In this document: positions 1 through 13,210 of the stretch, piece by piece
Numbering within the stretch: the stretch's first letter is position 1
Layout of the letters: every line of letters starts with the position of its first letter
NCBI RefSeq assembly: GCF_024166365.1
Contig: NC_064828.1
Coordinates: 30,567,814-30,631,813 of the forward strand
Direction of reading: 5' to 3'
DNA length: 64,000 nucleotides
Source: Elephas maximus
Taxonomy: Eukaryota
The notes under the pieces: model-generated
Database searches by the model: none
Told to the model about the DNA's origin: nothing
The model's input: only the letters and a program-made list of their open reading frames with translations
Position numbers and translations under genes: made by a program

Positions 1-702
1 GAAGACTTGGAACAGAAGTCGGGGGCTTGCCTGAGTAACACAGACTATTATCCAAAAAATAGTTATGTTGAAAACAAAATCAGGAGACCTGATCTCCCGT
101 AGGATTTCATTGCTGCTTTTGGGTTAACAGGACATTTGAGAAATAATTTTGAATGTCAAAATAGTGGACCCAAGGGAACGTTTTAATGGTTTATAGGAAT
201 AATGGAACAAAAATGTTGGCATTTGGGACTGTCCCAGGAGGATTGGAATACTTGGCCACCATATTAGAGTCATCGAAGGTGGGAGTAGAAATTAAACATG
301 TACTCTGAAGTCCAAAAGACCTGTGTTCAAATCCTGCTCTGTTACTGATTAGATGTATGATCTAGGCTATGGAAGAAAATAGGTTTTATAATTCTATAAA
401 CCCTGAATGGAGCCAGAGATTTGTCCTTGAGTCTACAGTAAGGTCAGATGATGCTAATGTGGCAAAAAATCAGACAAGGTCCTCCGTTTGAAAAGTTTCA
501 CCTGGCTTATAATATTCATAATGGTCCATAGCATAGCCTTGCATTTTGCAACTCTTAGAAATACAGCAAAGGGACACAAATTGAGGTCATAATAAGGGGG
601 TTGTAGGGTTCTGTGTAGCCAGTGGGAACAGCATTGTCAACATTGTCAAGAGGTAGTGATACTGTCTGTAGGAAATATATGTATATATACACTACATTCA
701 TG

Positions 703-872
703 GCTGGAGCCCTGGTGGCACAGTGGTTAGGTGCTAGGCTGCTAACAAAAAGGTTGGCAGTTCAAATCCACCAACTGCTCCTTGGAAACCCCATGGGGCA
801 GTTCTACCCTGTCCTATAGGGTTGCTATTAGTCGGAATCAACTTGACTGCAATGGGTTTGGTTTTTTTTTTT
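703..872 (+). mobile_element. AfroSINE (tRNA-derived SINE)
   Basis: GGAGCCCTGGTGGCACAGTGGTTAGGTGCTAGGCTGCTAACAAAAAGGTTGGCAGTTCAAATCC...GTCGGAATCAACTTGACTGCAATGGG, followed by a T-run. Confidence 0.85.
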
Positions 873-1741
873 GTTTTACCTCCATGTCTAGGAAATAGGG
901 AGAATGACAGTGCTGACAAGGCATGCTAAGTCTGAACTAATGATGGTGGTACATGCAAGTGGAGGTCAGGGCCACTGAAAAAGATCAGACTAGAACCCAG
1001 GTGAGCCATTAAGTGTAGAGGTATAAAAAAGGTGAGCTTTCTGAAGGGGTGCAAAAAGCAAGATAAAAAAGGACATTGGCTACCAAGGATTAGGCGTAGG
1101 AGACAAAGACCCGTATAGTACCATACTGAGTACTAAAAAGGTTGATGTGCATGCCCAGTCCTATCAAGTTCCTGAGTCAGCCTTGCAATGGTGGGAGGGA
1201 TATTAGAAATTTCACCCTCAGTAAAGGAGGTTAAGGGAAGGGGAGGGTGAGTGGGGTAGGTATCAAAAACACTTTGACACATTATCTGATTTACCAAAGA
1301 TAAAAGTTCTAGGCCTCTATGCACTCACCAAAATGTAGCCTTTCTAGGTCTCTACCACATGAATGGTTTTTGTTCCAATTCCTGATTCTCATTCCACTTC
1401 CCTTCTAGGGTTGGAATACCACCCTGAATCTCAGTCTACTTGGCTAAATCAGTTACCTTGCCTATGTCAGTCCCCTCAGATTGAAGAATGGACTCTTGGC
1501 TGAAAAAAAACTCCCCAAATCAAAGCCTTCCTCTTCCTGTTGTTGGGAGCTCCCTTAACCAATCGAGGGTTCTTGTCCTGTCCTATTAGTCGATCAAAAT
1601 AAGACAGACGCCACACCACCAGTTGCACGGGAAACAGAAAGTGGACATTTATTGTCTGCGCAGACAAGGAGCAACGCAGGGTCTACCATAAGGCCACGTG
1701 CTTCCTCTCTGAGGGGGTTGGGGATCTTTTTATTTCCAATG

Positions 1742-2425
1742 GGGGTTGGGTTTGGTGGCCCGAATATTCCTCCCTTAGCCCTCCCATGTCCACATTTGGA
1801 GGTCCAGATGTTGAATCATGTCAGTGATGTTCAGGTCCAAGGACAGATTGAGGGCATAGCTCTTCAGGTCTTGCACATGCTCCAAAATCTTGGTTCGCGC
1901 ATGCGTGGGATTCTGGCCCCCAAATTCAAACTTCAGTTAGGGCAACAGCGTGGTAGGGCCAAACCGCAATTAGAAGCCGTGGCTTGGTGGACTGCGAGGA
2001 GGGAAACTGCGGCAGAGTAGGGGGAAGCCTCGGTGGAGGCTTCACTCTGGGTTCTGCTTGGCATAACTCCATCAGGGCCAAAAAGACAGAGATCGAGCTG
2101 GGGAGAGTGAAAGGTAATGAAGCCTTGGCTGAGACATCCCCCCACTCAGGCTGCGCGGGTCCCTGCCCCCTTCCCAGCCTGCCAAGCCACAGCTTCTATC
2201 TAACTGCGGTTTGGCCCGACCATGCTGCGGCCCTAACCACAGTTTGAATTTGGTGCCAGAATCCTGCGCATGTGTGAACCAAGCTTTTGGCCCACGTGCA
2301 GGACCTGAAGAGCTGTGTATTCAATCTATCCTTGAACCTGAATATCCCCGGCATGATTCAACATCTAGACCTCCAAATGTGGACATGGAAGGGCTAAGGG
2401 CAAAGAGTTCCAGGCACCAAACCCA
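1742..2425. repeat. Large inverted repeat: arms about 1742-1975 and 2198-2425 (~85% identity) around a ~220-bp spacer
   Basis: Revcomp of 1800-1935 (gccctaactgaagtttgaatttgggggccagaatcccacgcatgcgcgaaccaag..ctgaagagctatgccctcaatctgtccttggacctgaacatcactgacatgattcaacatctggacc) aligns with 2225-2375 (ccctaaccacagtttgaatttggtgccagaatcctgcgcatgtgtgaaccaag..ctgaagagctgtgtattcaatctatccttgaacctgaatatccccggcatgattcaacatctagacc). The inner ends ggccaaaccgcaattag / ctaactgcggtttggcc are also inverted copies. Confidence 0.7.
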
Positions 2426-2504
2426 CCCCCCAGACACCATTGGAAATAAAAAGCTCCTCAACCCCCTCAGATTGTGAGCAGGCGGCCTTATAGTCGCTAG
2501 ACTA

Positions 2505-3075
2505 TAAGAATGGGAAAAGGGACAAGCATATTGCCACAGCCATGTCTGCCCAAGTCCAAGGAAATACTACAGAATAAGCAAGAATGGGAAAACGGACAAG
2601 CATGCTGCCGCAGCCATGTCTTCTGCAGTCCAAAGAACGTTACAAAGTCCACAGTATATATTAACATTAGAAAATGGGCAAAACCATTGAAAGCTTCATC
2701 CCTTCGCAGATTGGCTAGAAACTGCGATCCTACATTTTGAATTGTCTTCCTTAACAATCATTGGTACATGTTTCAGTAAGGACAGTCAGGAAGGTCTTCA
2801 TTGGTCCAACAAATTTCTATTTACTATGTTAATTGAAAAAGATAAGAGTGGAAAGTCTTTTGTGTTCTGATTGGCTTTATGTGAAAAGTTCCCTAAAAGA
2901 TATTTTCCAAGATTATCCTATCTATTGTCTTTATTTTTATTTTATTATCTTTATACCTCAGGGCCCAGTTGATGTGTCCTTGTGAGTCCTTGTGAGCCCA
3001 GCTCCAGCTGGGTCACATTCTCTATGCTCAAGGACAGGGAATAATGACTCCAATATTATTTCCTAAATCACTATC
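2505..3075 (+). repeat. Unclassified interspersed repeat, copy 1 (contains 2 internal ~72-bp tandem units AAGAATGGGAAAA(C/G)GGACAAGCATGCTGCC(A/G)CAGCCATGTCT..CAGTCCAA(G/A)GAA..TTACA(G/A)A)
   Basis: Collinear and about 80-85% identical to 39555-40240 and 46600-47395. Ends with the shared block ..CCTCAGGGCCCAGTTGATGTGTCCTTGTGA..GGGTCACAT..GGACAGGGAATAATGACTCCAATATTATTTCCTAAATCA. Confidence 0.75.
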
Positions 3076-6000
3076 CTCAATTTTAAAACCAAATAATGAA
3101 AGCTAGAGATTTCTTAAGCTAATCACTTCCATTCACATACCTTTTGGTCCTTGACTATTAGCTCTACCTGGGAGGGAGCAACACCTCCTGGACATTGTGA
3201 TTTGGCTTTCTGCTACCCCTTTGGGTTGGAGAAATAAGAGAAGACCCAGGAGAGTGTGCTATCTCTGTGGCTGGGGAAGGAGAAGCTTTTAGGATAAAAG
3301 CCAGTTTTCAAGCCAGTGAATTGCTGTAGAAAGATCAAGGAGAATGAGGATGGCCATAAGATCTTTACATTTGGTAAGAGGTAGATCATGGTGACAATGG
3401 CGGGAGCATTGCTTCAGTAGTGTGATGGAGAAGCTAAATTTCAGGCAATTCTGAATTTTTTTTTTTTTTTATTGTACTTCAGGTGAAAGTTTAAAGCTCA
3501 AATTAATTTCTCATACAAAAATTTAAACACATATTGTTTTGCGTCATTAATTGCAATCCCCACAATGTGACAACACACTCCCACTTTCCACCCAAGATTC
3601 CCTGTTCTGTTCCACCAGTCCCTATCCTTTTTCTGCCTTCTCATTTTGCCTGCAGACAGGAGCAGCCTATTTGGTCTCATGAACTAAGCATTATGAAGCA
3701 CACTCCTCACTTGTATTATTTTTTGTTTTATAGTTCTGTCTGGACCTTTGTCTAAAGAGTGGGCTTCAGGAACGGTTTTAGTTCTGGATTAACGGAGCGT
3801 CTAGGGGCCATAGTTTCGGGGGTTCCTCTACTCTGTGTCAGACCATTAAGTCTGGTCTTTTTACATGAATTTGAGTTCTGCTCTGCACTTTTCTCCCACT
3901 TCATCTGGAGCTCTCTCTGTTGTGTTCCCTGTTAGGGTGCTCATTGATGGTAGCCTGGCACCATCTGGTTCTTCTGGTCTCAGGTTGGTAAAGTCTCTGG
4001 TTTATGTGGACCTTTAGTTTCTTGGGCTAATATTTTCCTTGTGTCTTTGGTATTCTTCATTCTCCTTTGCTCCAAGTGGGTTGGGATGTATTGATGCATC
4101 TTAGATGGCTGCTCCCAAGCTTTTAAGACCCCAGATACCACTCACCAAAGTGAACATTTTCTTAATAAACTTTCTTGTGCCAGTTGACCTGGATGTCCCC
4201 TGAGACTATGGTCCCCAGACCCCAGCCCCAGCTACTCTGTCCCTTAGAGTGTTTGGGTGGGTTCAGGGAACAGCTTTTGCTTTGGTCCAGCTGTGCTGAC
4301 TTCCCCTGTACTGTGTGTCATCCTTCCTTTCACAGAAGATTATCCTTGTCTACTATCTAGTTAGTGAATTCCCCTCATCCTCCCTCCCTACCCTCTTAAT
4401 CATCGAAGAATGCTTTCTTCTGTGTTTACACCTTTTCTTGAGTTCTTATAATAGTGGTCTTGCACAATATTTGTCCTTTTGTGACTAATTTCACTCAGCA
4501 AAATGCCCTCCAAATTCATCCATTTCGTGAGATGCTTCATGGATTCGTCATTGTTCTTTATCTTTGTGTAGTATTCCATTATGTGTATGTATCATAATTT
4601 GTTAATCTATTCGTCTATTCGTCTGTCGATGGGCACCTAGGTTGTTTCTATCTTTTTGGTATTGTGAACAATGCTGCAATGAACATCGCTGTGCGCACAT
4701 CTATTCCTGTGACGGCTCTTATTTCTCTAAGATATGTTCCAAGGAGCGGGATTGCTGGATCATGTGGTACTTTTGTTTTTAGCTTTTTAAGGAAGCGCCA
4801 AATTGTTTTCCAAAGTGGTTGTACCATTTTACATTCCCACCAGCAGTGCATAAGAGTTCCAGTCTCTCCACAGCTTCTCTAGCCTTTATGATTTTGTGTT
4901 TTTTGGATTAGCCTTGCTGGGGCTAGATGGTATCTCATTGTAGTTTTGATTTGTATTTCTCTCATGGCTAATGACTGTGAGCATTTCCTATGTGTCTGTT
5001 AGCTACCTGAATGTCTTCTTTGGTGAACTGTCTGTTCATATCCTTTGCCCATTTTTTAATTGGGTTAATTGTCTTTTTTGTTGTTGAGGTGTTGCAGTAT
5101 CTTGTAGATTTTAGAGATTAGACCCCTATCGGATATGTTGTAGTCAAAAATTTTTTCCCAGTCTGTAGGTTCCCTTTTTACTCTTTTAGTGAAGTCTTTT
5201 GATGAGCATAAGTGTTTGATTTTTAGGAGCTCCCAGTTATCTAGTTTCTCTTCTGGTGTTTGTCCATTGATAGTTATGGTTTGTATACTATTTATGCCAT
5301 ATATTAGGATTAGGGCTCCTATCATTGTCCCTTTTTTTCTTCCATGACCTTAATCATTTTAGTTTTTATATTTAGGCCTTTGATCCATTTTGAGTTAGTT
5401 TTTGTACATGGTATGAGATATGGGTCTTATTTCATTTTTTTGCAGATGGATATCCGGTTATGCCAGCATCATTTGCTAAAGAGACTGTTTTTTCCCCATT
5501 TAATGGACTTTGGGTCTTTGTCAAATATCAGCTGCTCATGAGTGGATGAATTTATGTCTGGATTCTCGATTCGGTTCCATTTGTCTATGTAGCTTTTTTT
5601 GTACCAGTGCCAGGCTATTTTGACTACTGTGGCAGTATGATATGTTCTAAAACCAGGTAGTGTGAGGCCTCCCACTTTGTTCTTTTTCAGTAGCACTTTA
5701 CTTATCTGGGGCCTCTTCCCCTTCCATATGAAGTGGGTGATTTGTTTCTCATTAAAAAAATGCTGTTGGAATTTGGATCAGGATTGCATTTTATCTGTAG
5801 ATTGCTTTGAGTAGAATTAACATTTTCACAATGTTGAGTCTTCCTATCCATGAGCATGGTATGTTTTTCCACTTACATAGGTCTCTTTTGGTTTCTTGCA
5901 TTAGTGTCTTATAGTTTTCTTTGTATAGGTCTTATACATCTCTGGTTAGGTTTATTCCTAAGTACTTTATTTCTTGAGGGGTATTGTAAGTGGTATTGAT

Positions 6001-7990
6001 TTGGTGATTTCCTTTTCGAAATTCTCTGTTGGTGTAGAGAAATCCAACTGATTTTTATATGTTTATCTTGTATCCGGGTACTTTGTCAAAAACTTCTATT
6101 AGTTCCAACAGTTTTCTTGTGGATTCTTTGGGATTTTCTGTGTATAAGATCATATCTCCTGCGAACAGGGATACTTCTACTTCTTCCTTACCAATTGGGA
6201 TGAACTTTATTTCTTTTGGTGCCTTATTGCTCTGGGTAGGGCCTCCAGCACAATGTTGAATACGAGCGGTGATAAAGGGCATCCTTGTCTGGTTCCTATT
6301 TTCAAAGGGAATGCTTTCAGACTCTCTGGGTTTAGAATGATGTTGGCTGTTGGCTCTGTATAAATGCCCTTTATTATGTCAAGGAAATTCCCTTCTATTC
6401 CTATTTTGCTAAGAGTTTTTACCAGGAATGGGTGCTGGACTTTATCAAATGCCTTTTCTGGTCAATTGATATGATCTTGTGTTTCTTAACTTTCGTTTTA
6501 TTTATGTGATGGATTACATTGATTGTTTTTCTAATGTTGAACCATGCCTGCATAAGGTGGTATGAATCCCACTTGGTCATGATGAATTTTTTTGATACAG
6601 TGTTGAATTGTGTTCACTAGAATTTTGTTGAGGATTTTTGTATTAATAAGGGATATTGGTTTGTGATTTTCTTTTTTTGTGGAGTCTTTACCTGGTTTTG
6701 GTATAAGGGTCATGCTGGCTTCATAGAATGAGTTTGGGAGTATTCATTCTGTTTCCATGCTCTGAAATACCTTTAGTAGTAGCAGTGTTGATTCTTCTCT
6801 GAAAGTTTGATAGAATTCTCCAGTGAAACTGTCAGGGACAGGGCTTTTTTTTTTTTTTTACAGAGGAGAGAGGAGAGCTTTTTTTTTATTGCCTCTTCAG
6901 TCTTTTCATTTGTTATGGGTTTATTTAGTTTTTCTACCTAAGTTTGTGTTAGTTTAGGTAGGTAGTGTGTTTCTAGAAATTTGTCCATTTCCTCTAGATT
7001 TTTTAATTTGTCACAGTACAATTTTTCATAGTATTCTGTTATGATCCTTTTTATTTCAGTTGGGTCTGTTGTGATATTGCCCACCTCATTTCTTATTCAG
7101 GTTATATGCTTCCCCTCCTGATTTTCTTTTGTCAGTTTTGCCAATCGTTTATCAATTTTGTTGATCTTCTCCAAGAACCAACTTCTGGTCTTGTTGACTG
7201 GTTTCAATTGTTTTTCTATTCTCTATTTCATTTATTTCTGCTCTAATCTTTATTATTTCCTTTCTTCTGGTGCCAGAAGACTTCTTTTGCTGCTCTCTGT
7301 CTATTTGTTCAAGTTGTAGGGTTAATGTTTTAAGTTTGGCCTTTTCTTCTTTTTGCGTGTGTGCATCTATTGGTAAATGAACCTCTAAACCCTGCTTTTG
7401 CTGTGTCCCAAAGCTTCTGGTAAGATGTGTTTTCACTCTCATTTGATTCAATGAATTTCTTTATTCCATCCTTGATTTCTTCTATAACCCAGTAGTTTTT
7501 GAGCAAGGTGTTCAGTTTTCATGTATTTGATTTTTTTTCTTGTTTCTGTTATTGATTTCTACTTTTATGGCTTTATGGCCAGAAAAGGTGCTTTGTCATA
7601 TTTCCATGTTTTGGATTCTGTTAAGGCTTGCTTTGTGGCCTAAAATGTGGCCTATTCTGGAGAACATCCCATGTGCATTGTAAAAGAATGTATACTTGGC
7701 TACAGTTGGGTGGAGTGTTCTGTATATGTCTACGAGGTCAAGTTGATTGACTGTGGCATTTAAATCTTCCATGTTTTTATTGAGGTTCTTTCTAGATGTT
7801 CTGTCCTTCAACAAAAGTGGCGTGTTGAAGCCTCCTACTCTTATTGTGGAGCTGTCTATTTCTCTTTTCAATGCTGTTCGTTTTATGTATCTTGGAGCCC
7901 TGTTGTTGGGTACGTATATATTTATTGTGGTTATGTCCTCCTGGTGTCTTGACCCTTTAATTGTTATATACTGTCCTTCCTTATTCTGGA

Positions 7991-8150
7991 AACCCCGGTG
8001 GCATAGTGGTTAAGAGCTATGACTGCTAACCAAAAGGTTGTTAGTTCAAATCCACCAGGCACTCCTTGGGAATCCTATGGGACAGTTCTACTCTGTCCTT
8101 TAGGTCGTTATGAGTCAGAATTGACTTGACTTGACGGCAACAGGTTCCTT
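7991..8150 (+). mobile_element. AfroSINE nested inside the L1 ORF2 region
   Basis: AACCCCGGTGGCATAGTGGTTAAGAGCTATGACTGCTAACCAAAAGGTTGTTAGTTCAAATCC.... Confidence 0.85.
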
Positions 8151-9019
8151 ATCCTTTGTGGATTTTGCTTTAAAGTCTATTTTTTCAGAGATTAATATTG
8201 TCACTCTTGCTCTTGTTTGGTTGTTGTCTCCTTGATGTATTTTTTTCATCCTTTTGAGACAGATAGGGTTAACTGCTGGTGGAAGAAAAGAGCTTTTAGA
8301 AAGATTACTATCTAGAAGTTGAGTAAACAGGAACCCACCCTGTCAACATAAGATAGGATTGGGGCAGCCTGTGAATTACTATCTCCTTCTTAGTGTCTTT
8401 CTAGTCCCTTCCTCCTTTGCAGGCTTCATATGTGCAGAGAAGCAGAGTGTGACTGCTATTTGACCTTCCTTAACCCTCCAAAGATGGCGATGTAGTGCCA
8501 AAGATCAAGGGCGCATGCACTATATCCCATAATAAGTAATGCCAAGGGCTGCCGAGAGGACTCCATCTTGAATATCAAAAGGTTCCATCTTAGATTCCAG
8601 ATGCCTGTGCAACCTAATTAACATACACCACCATTCTGAGAAGTAATCTTGAAAGAAGCCCAAGAAATATTCATTACCTCCACCAAACCCGTATAAGCCC
8701 TAGAATTGCTCCCCTTTTCGAGTCAGTCTTTTGGAGAGGCTTAGATCCCCCCTGACTCCTTTTGCTTGACTCAAGCAAAATAAAGCTTGCCGAAGATAAA
8801 ATTTGTCTTTCGTGTGTATTCTTACTTGGGAAAAGACAAGGACCCTTTGTGTCAGATTGGCAATTGGTAACACTTTGAGTTTTAGTATGTTTAGTATGTT
8901 TGTGTCTTTGAGTCTCAGGTATGTCATATAGAAGGATCGTGTTTTTTTAATCCATTCAGCCACTCTCTGTGTCTTTACTGGTGCATTTAGTCCATTTACA
9001 TTCAGCACAATTATTAATA

Positions 9020-9800
9020 GGTATGAGTTTAGGATGACATATATTCTGAAGACTTGAATGGAAAAAATTGCCAGACAAGAATTGTATATCCAGCAAAACT
9101 GTCTCTCAACTATGATGGTGAAATTAAGGCATTTCCAGATAAAAAGAAGTTAAGCGAAGGTATGAGTTTACTGCTTTCTTTTTTTTTTGTCATCTTGACA
9201 GTTCCTTTGTTCCACTTAGTTTTCTGTCTGTGTCGTTTTTCTTTATTTACTTCTTTTCGTCTTTTTCATTATTGTTGATTTTGTGTTTTCTCACTCTTTA
9301 TGTTTTTCTTCTTTTTTATTTTCTTGGGTAGACTTATTAGCTTCCTTCATGGTTACCTTAAAATTTACCTTTATTTTTCTAAGTTTAAACCAATCTTTTA
9401 TTTCTTGATATTGCCTTAACTTCTTCTCCATATGGAAGTTCTATGACTACATTATTTATTCCCTCTTTTTTGTTTTAACATTGTCATTGTTTACATATTG
9501 ATGTCTCTGTTTTCCTATTTTCAATCTTTTAGCTTCGACTTATTTTTGTGACTTCTCTATCTAGGTTGATATCTAGTTGCTCTGTGTTGTGTCATAGTCT
9601 TGGGTTGTTGTCTGACTCCCTTTAATATTTCTTGTAATTTTAGTTTGGTTTTTACAAATTCATTTAACTTCTTTTTATCTGGAAATGCCCTAATTTCACC
9701 ATCATAGTTGAGAGACAGTTTTGCTGGATATACAATTCTTGTCTGGCAATTTTTTTCATTCAAGTCTTCAGAATATGTGTCATCCTATTGCCTTCTTGCC
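9020..9800. repeat. Inverted duplication inside the L1 at the ORF1/ORF2 junction: arms about 9020-9160 (+) and 9652-9800 (-)
   Basis: Track ORFs 9054..9278(+) and 9557..9763(-) both begin MN(G/E)KNCQTRIVYPAKLSLNYDGEI(K/R)AFPDKKKL. The flanking GGATGACA(T/C)ATATTCTGAAGACTTGAATGG is also present on both arms. Confidence 0.8.
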
Positions 9801-11509
9801 TGCATGGTTTCTTCTGAGTAGTCAGAACTTAGTCTTATTGATTCTTCTTTGTAGGTGACTTTTCATTTATCCCTAGAGGCTCTGAAGATCTTTATCTTTG
9901 GTTTTGTCTTTGTGTGACTTTCTTTTGGGATCTACCCTGTGTGGAGTTCATTAACGTTCTTGGGTAGATATCTTTTCGTCTTTCACCATATCAGGGAAGT
10001 TTTCTGCCAGTAAATCTTCAATAATCCTCTGTATTTTCTGTTCCCCTCCACCCCCGCCTCTGTTCTGGTACTCCAGTCACTCGTAAGTTTTTCCTCTTGA
10101 TAGCGTCCCACATAATTCTTAGAATTTCTTCATTTTTTTAATTCTTTTTTCTGATTTTTCCTCAAATTAATTGGTGTTAAGGAATTTATCTTCAGTCTCA
10201 CCAATTCTAACTTCCATTGCCTCAATTCTGCTCCTATGACCTTCTATTGAGTTGTCTAATTCTAATATTTTATTGTTAATCTTTTGGATTTCTATGTGAC
10301 GTCTGTCTACGGTTTCTAGCAGCTTGTTAAATTTGTTGTTCTGTTCTTGTATTGTTTTCCTGAATTTCTCTATTGCCCTCTCTGTGTGTTCCTTAGCCTG
10401 GTCTGAGTTTTGCCTGATCTCCTTCCTGATCTCTTGAAGAGCTCTGTATATTAATCTTTTGAAATCTAACTTTGGTAATTCCAAGACCGTATCTTCCTCC
10501 ACAAGGTTTCCTGGTTCTTTATTTTGGTCACTTGGCGGAGCCATCTTGACTTGCTTCTTTATGTGATTTGATATTGACTGTTGCCTCTGAGCTATCAATA
10601 AGTTATTATATTTATTTATCATACATGTCCTAGCTTTTTGTTTTGATATGTCCAAATAGGCCTGGCATGTGAGCTACTTAGATTATTGGCATCTTTGAAG
10701 CTTTCACGTCCTGTCTCCAGGTGGTTTAGCAGCTACTAGGTGTGTGAGCCCAGGAGTCTGTTCGGTTTTCTTGTGTGGATGTGGCTCAGGTGTCCAGGTC
10801 ATTGGTCTTTGAGTATGTGGTAAAGACTCTCACCTACAGTCCTAGATGGGCAGGGCTGCGTATGGGTGTTCAGAGCAGGCACAACTATCTGCCTGCAGTA
10901 GGGGTCTATGTGCTGAGCAAGGCAGAGGTCCGAAGGCTGCCATGAGTGGATGGCATGTCCCTGTTCCCTAGAGCACATAGGGTGGTGTGTTTTGCGGCTG
11001 GTCCTTGGGCACCCAATGCTGTTGGCTGTAGGGATTGGGAGGTACCACTTTTTCTCAGTCCCCTGTTGTGGGTGACTAGATGGAGTGGGGGGTACCACTA
11101 GCCCTCAGGCCCCTGATGTGGGTGAGCAGGGTGGTGTCAAATGCCAAGAATCTGCCACTCCCCCTTGGCTGCTGCAGTTGAAAATAGGCTTCACGTGTAG
11201 CCTTGTTGCTAATGAAGTCTAGGCAGGGGTGAAGGATGCTACAAGTCCATGGAACCCTTATGCCAGTTCCTAGGCGAAGGGACAATGACTGCCTTAAGTT
11301 CTTGGCTTAGATGGCATGGTGATTTTTTTAAAGCCATGAGTCTGGTTTGGGCGTGGGTAGCCCTGAGTTCCCACGTAGCCCTGAGTTCCCACTAGGGGAC
11401 ATGGCAGCTGTTCAATACTGCTGGACTGGTGTTGGAGCAGAGCAGGGTGGGAGGGTGGGAGGCTGGGTGAGGGGAAAGAGGCACTTCTCCACTGTAAAAG
11501 TCACAGAGA

Positions 11510-11676
11510 AAACCAAAACCAAACCCACTGCCTTTCAGTCGATTCTGACTCATAGTGACCCCATAGGACAGAGTAGAACTGCCCCATAGAGTTTCCAGGG
11601 AGCACCTGTTGCATTCAAATTGCTGACCTTTTAGTTAACAGCCGTGGCACTTAACCACTGTGTCACCAGGGTTTCC
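11510..11676 (-). mobile_element. AfroSINE (reverse orientation)
   Basis: Reverse complement of the consensus: ..CAGTCGATTCTGACTCATAGTGACCCCATAGGACAGAGTAGAACTGCCCCATAG...TTAACCACTGTGTCACCAGGGTTTCC. Confidence 0.85.
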
Positions 11677-13019
11677 AAGTCACAGAGGGGGAGGGGTTAT
11701 TTTGACCCCTGCATTAGGTTAGACATTTACACTTATCCTTCACAGGCTCAGTGCTGCTTCCACCCAGCTCCAGAGGCTTGTGCAGACTTTCTGCCACCCC
11801 ACCTCTCCTGACATGGTGAAGCATGTCCTGAACACTACAGCTGTCTCAGCCAGCATGTGCTGGCCAACCCAGCCAGCAGGGTGCCGGCAACCTCATGACT
11901 AGCACTTCTTTGCTGCTTCTGAACTGTCTGTTCTTCCTCCTGCTGCTCAGGCCATCTCCTCAGCTTTGTGTTTGATGATCAGGGCTCCTAGATTGTCATA
12001 TATAATCAGTTCACTTTTTTTGCCGGGTCTTTGTTATAAGAGGGATGCAGGAAGCATCTGACTATTCCGCCATCTTGGCCCTACCCCAGTGTGAATGTTT
12101 TTTATAGTAGAGAAACTCAGACAAGATTTAATCACTGTGAAATTTTTATTTAACCCTGTCTTTGGGTACAAATCATAAAGATGTTCATAGAAATTCTCCC
12201 TAAAGACAAAACTCTTCATAGTTTCTCACTCCCTCCTACTTCTCCCATTCCTTTTTTCAATTTTCCTTCTCTTTTCTCTTTTATATCCATCCTAACTGCC
12301 CGTCTTCATTTTCAACTATATTCCTAGTCTATCTTAAACAAAGATATATATTTTTAAAACCCTAGTAAAATAATGAAATCTCAAAAAATAAACAAAAGCA
12401 TGTCAAATACTTCCAGGACCAGAATGAAGAAAGGCGTAAGGGAGCCTCCTTCATCTCACCATTAGAAGATGGTGCCATAAGCCTGAGTATCTTAATAAAC
12501 AATGGGGATGGAAGTCTTTCCTACACACACAAAAAACTGACCATTCTTTGCCCTGGGCCACCCAGGGGCCAGACATGGAAATACCAGACAGGAAAAGATT
12601 TAGGGGAGTAAAGTGAAACTATTGTTATCAGAAAGGCTCTAGAGAAGAAAGTAGGCTGCCAATAGCAGCAGAATTCTCTGAAGAAACTCTGGAAGTCAGT
12701 ACTCCCCTTTCCTGTGAAGCAAAGGGCACATGTCCCATTAGCTTCTTTTCTCTGACTGGAATGCATTTTCCTCTAACTAGTCAGTTCCTTGGCAGCCTTC
12801 AAGATCCAGCTCAGACTACACCCATTCAATGATGCCTTTCCTAACAGAAGGCTTCCATGGGCAGAGTTCATTCCTCCATCCTCTGTACTCTCATTGGACT
12901 TTGCCCATACCTCTAAGTCCACTACAAAACAGGTATTTGTTTATGAGTCTTCCTGCTGTGCAGGAACTCTCTGACCTTTATATTGCTAGTATCTCATGCA
13001 GTGCCTGGCACATAGCAGG

Positions 13020-13210
13020 TAATTAATAGTTGTGTGAGGGAGAAAGAAGAACAGAGGAAGAAGCAAAAAAAAGGAAGGAAGGGCGGGTTATAGAGAGGGA
13101 GAGAGGAAGCATCTGAATCAACCCTCCCTGGCCAACAGAAAGGGAAATGGGTTAAAGAAAATCCAGGGGAAAGGGCTGAAGGCGGGGTGGGGGGGTGGGG
13201 GGGGGTTGAA
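13020..13210. repeat. Purine-rich (GA/GGAA-type) low-complexity tract ending in a G-run (GGGGTGGGGGGGTGGGGGGGGG, about 13184-13206)
   Basis: gagggagaaagaagaacagaggaagaagcaaaaaaaaggaaggaagggcgggttatagagagggagagaggaagc ... ggcggggtgggggggtggggggggg. Confidence 0.9.

Larger units (their letters stand above)
3456..11480 (-). mobile_element. LINE-1 element (minus orientation), near full-length but degenerate. It runs from a 3' poly(A) (T-run 3456-3470) through ORF2 remnants (4648-9008) and ORF1 remnants (9557-10655) to a 5'UTR with tandem duplications (10700-11450)
   Basis: Track ORFs match L1 proteins in collinear order on the minus strand. ORF2 C-terminus at 4648-5325. RT motif [13 protein letters not shown] at 6055-6282. 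[18 protein letters not shown] at 6531-6713. EIIKIRAEINEIE at 7152-7451. DLVDIYRTLHPT at 7596-7871. ORF2 N-terminus MLNVNGLNAPVK at 8700-9008. ORF1 C-terminus NCQTRIVYPAKLSLNYDGEI at 9557-9763. ORF1 coiled-coil at 10167-10655. Confidence 0.85.
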
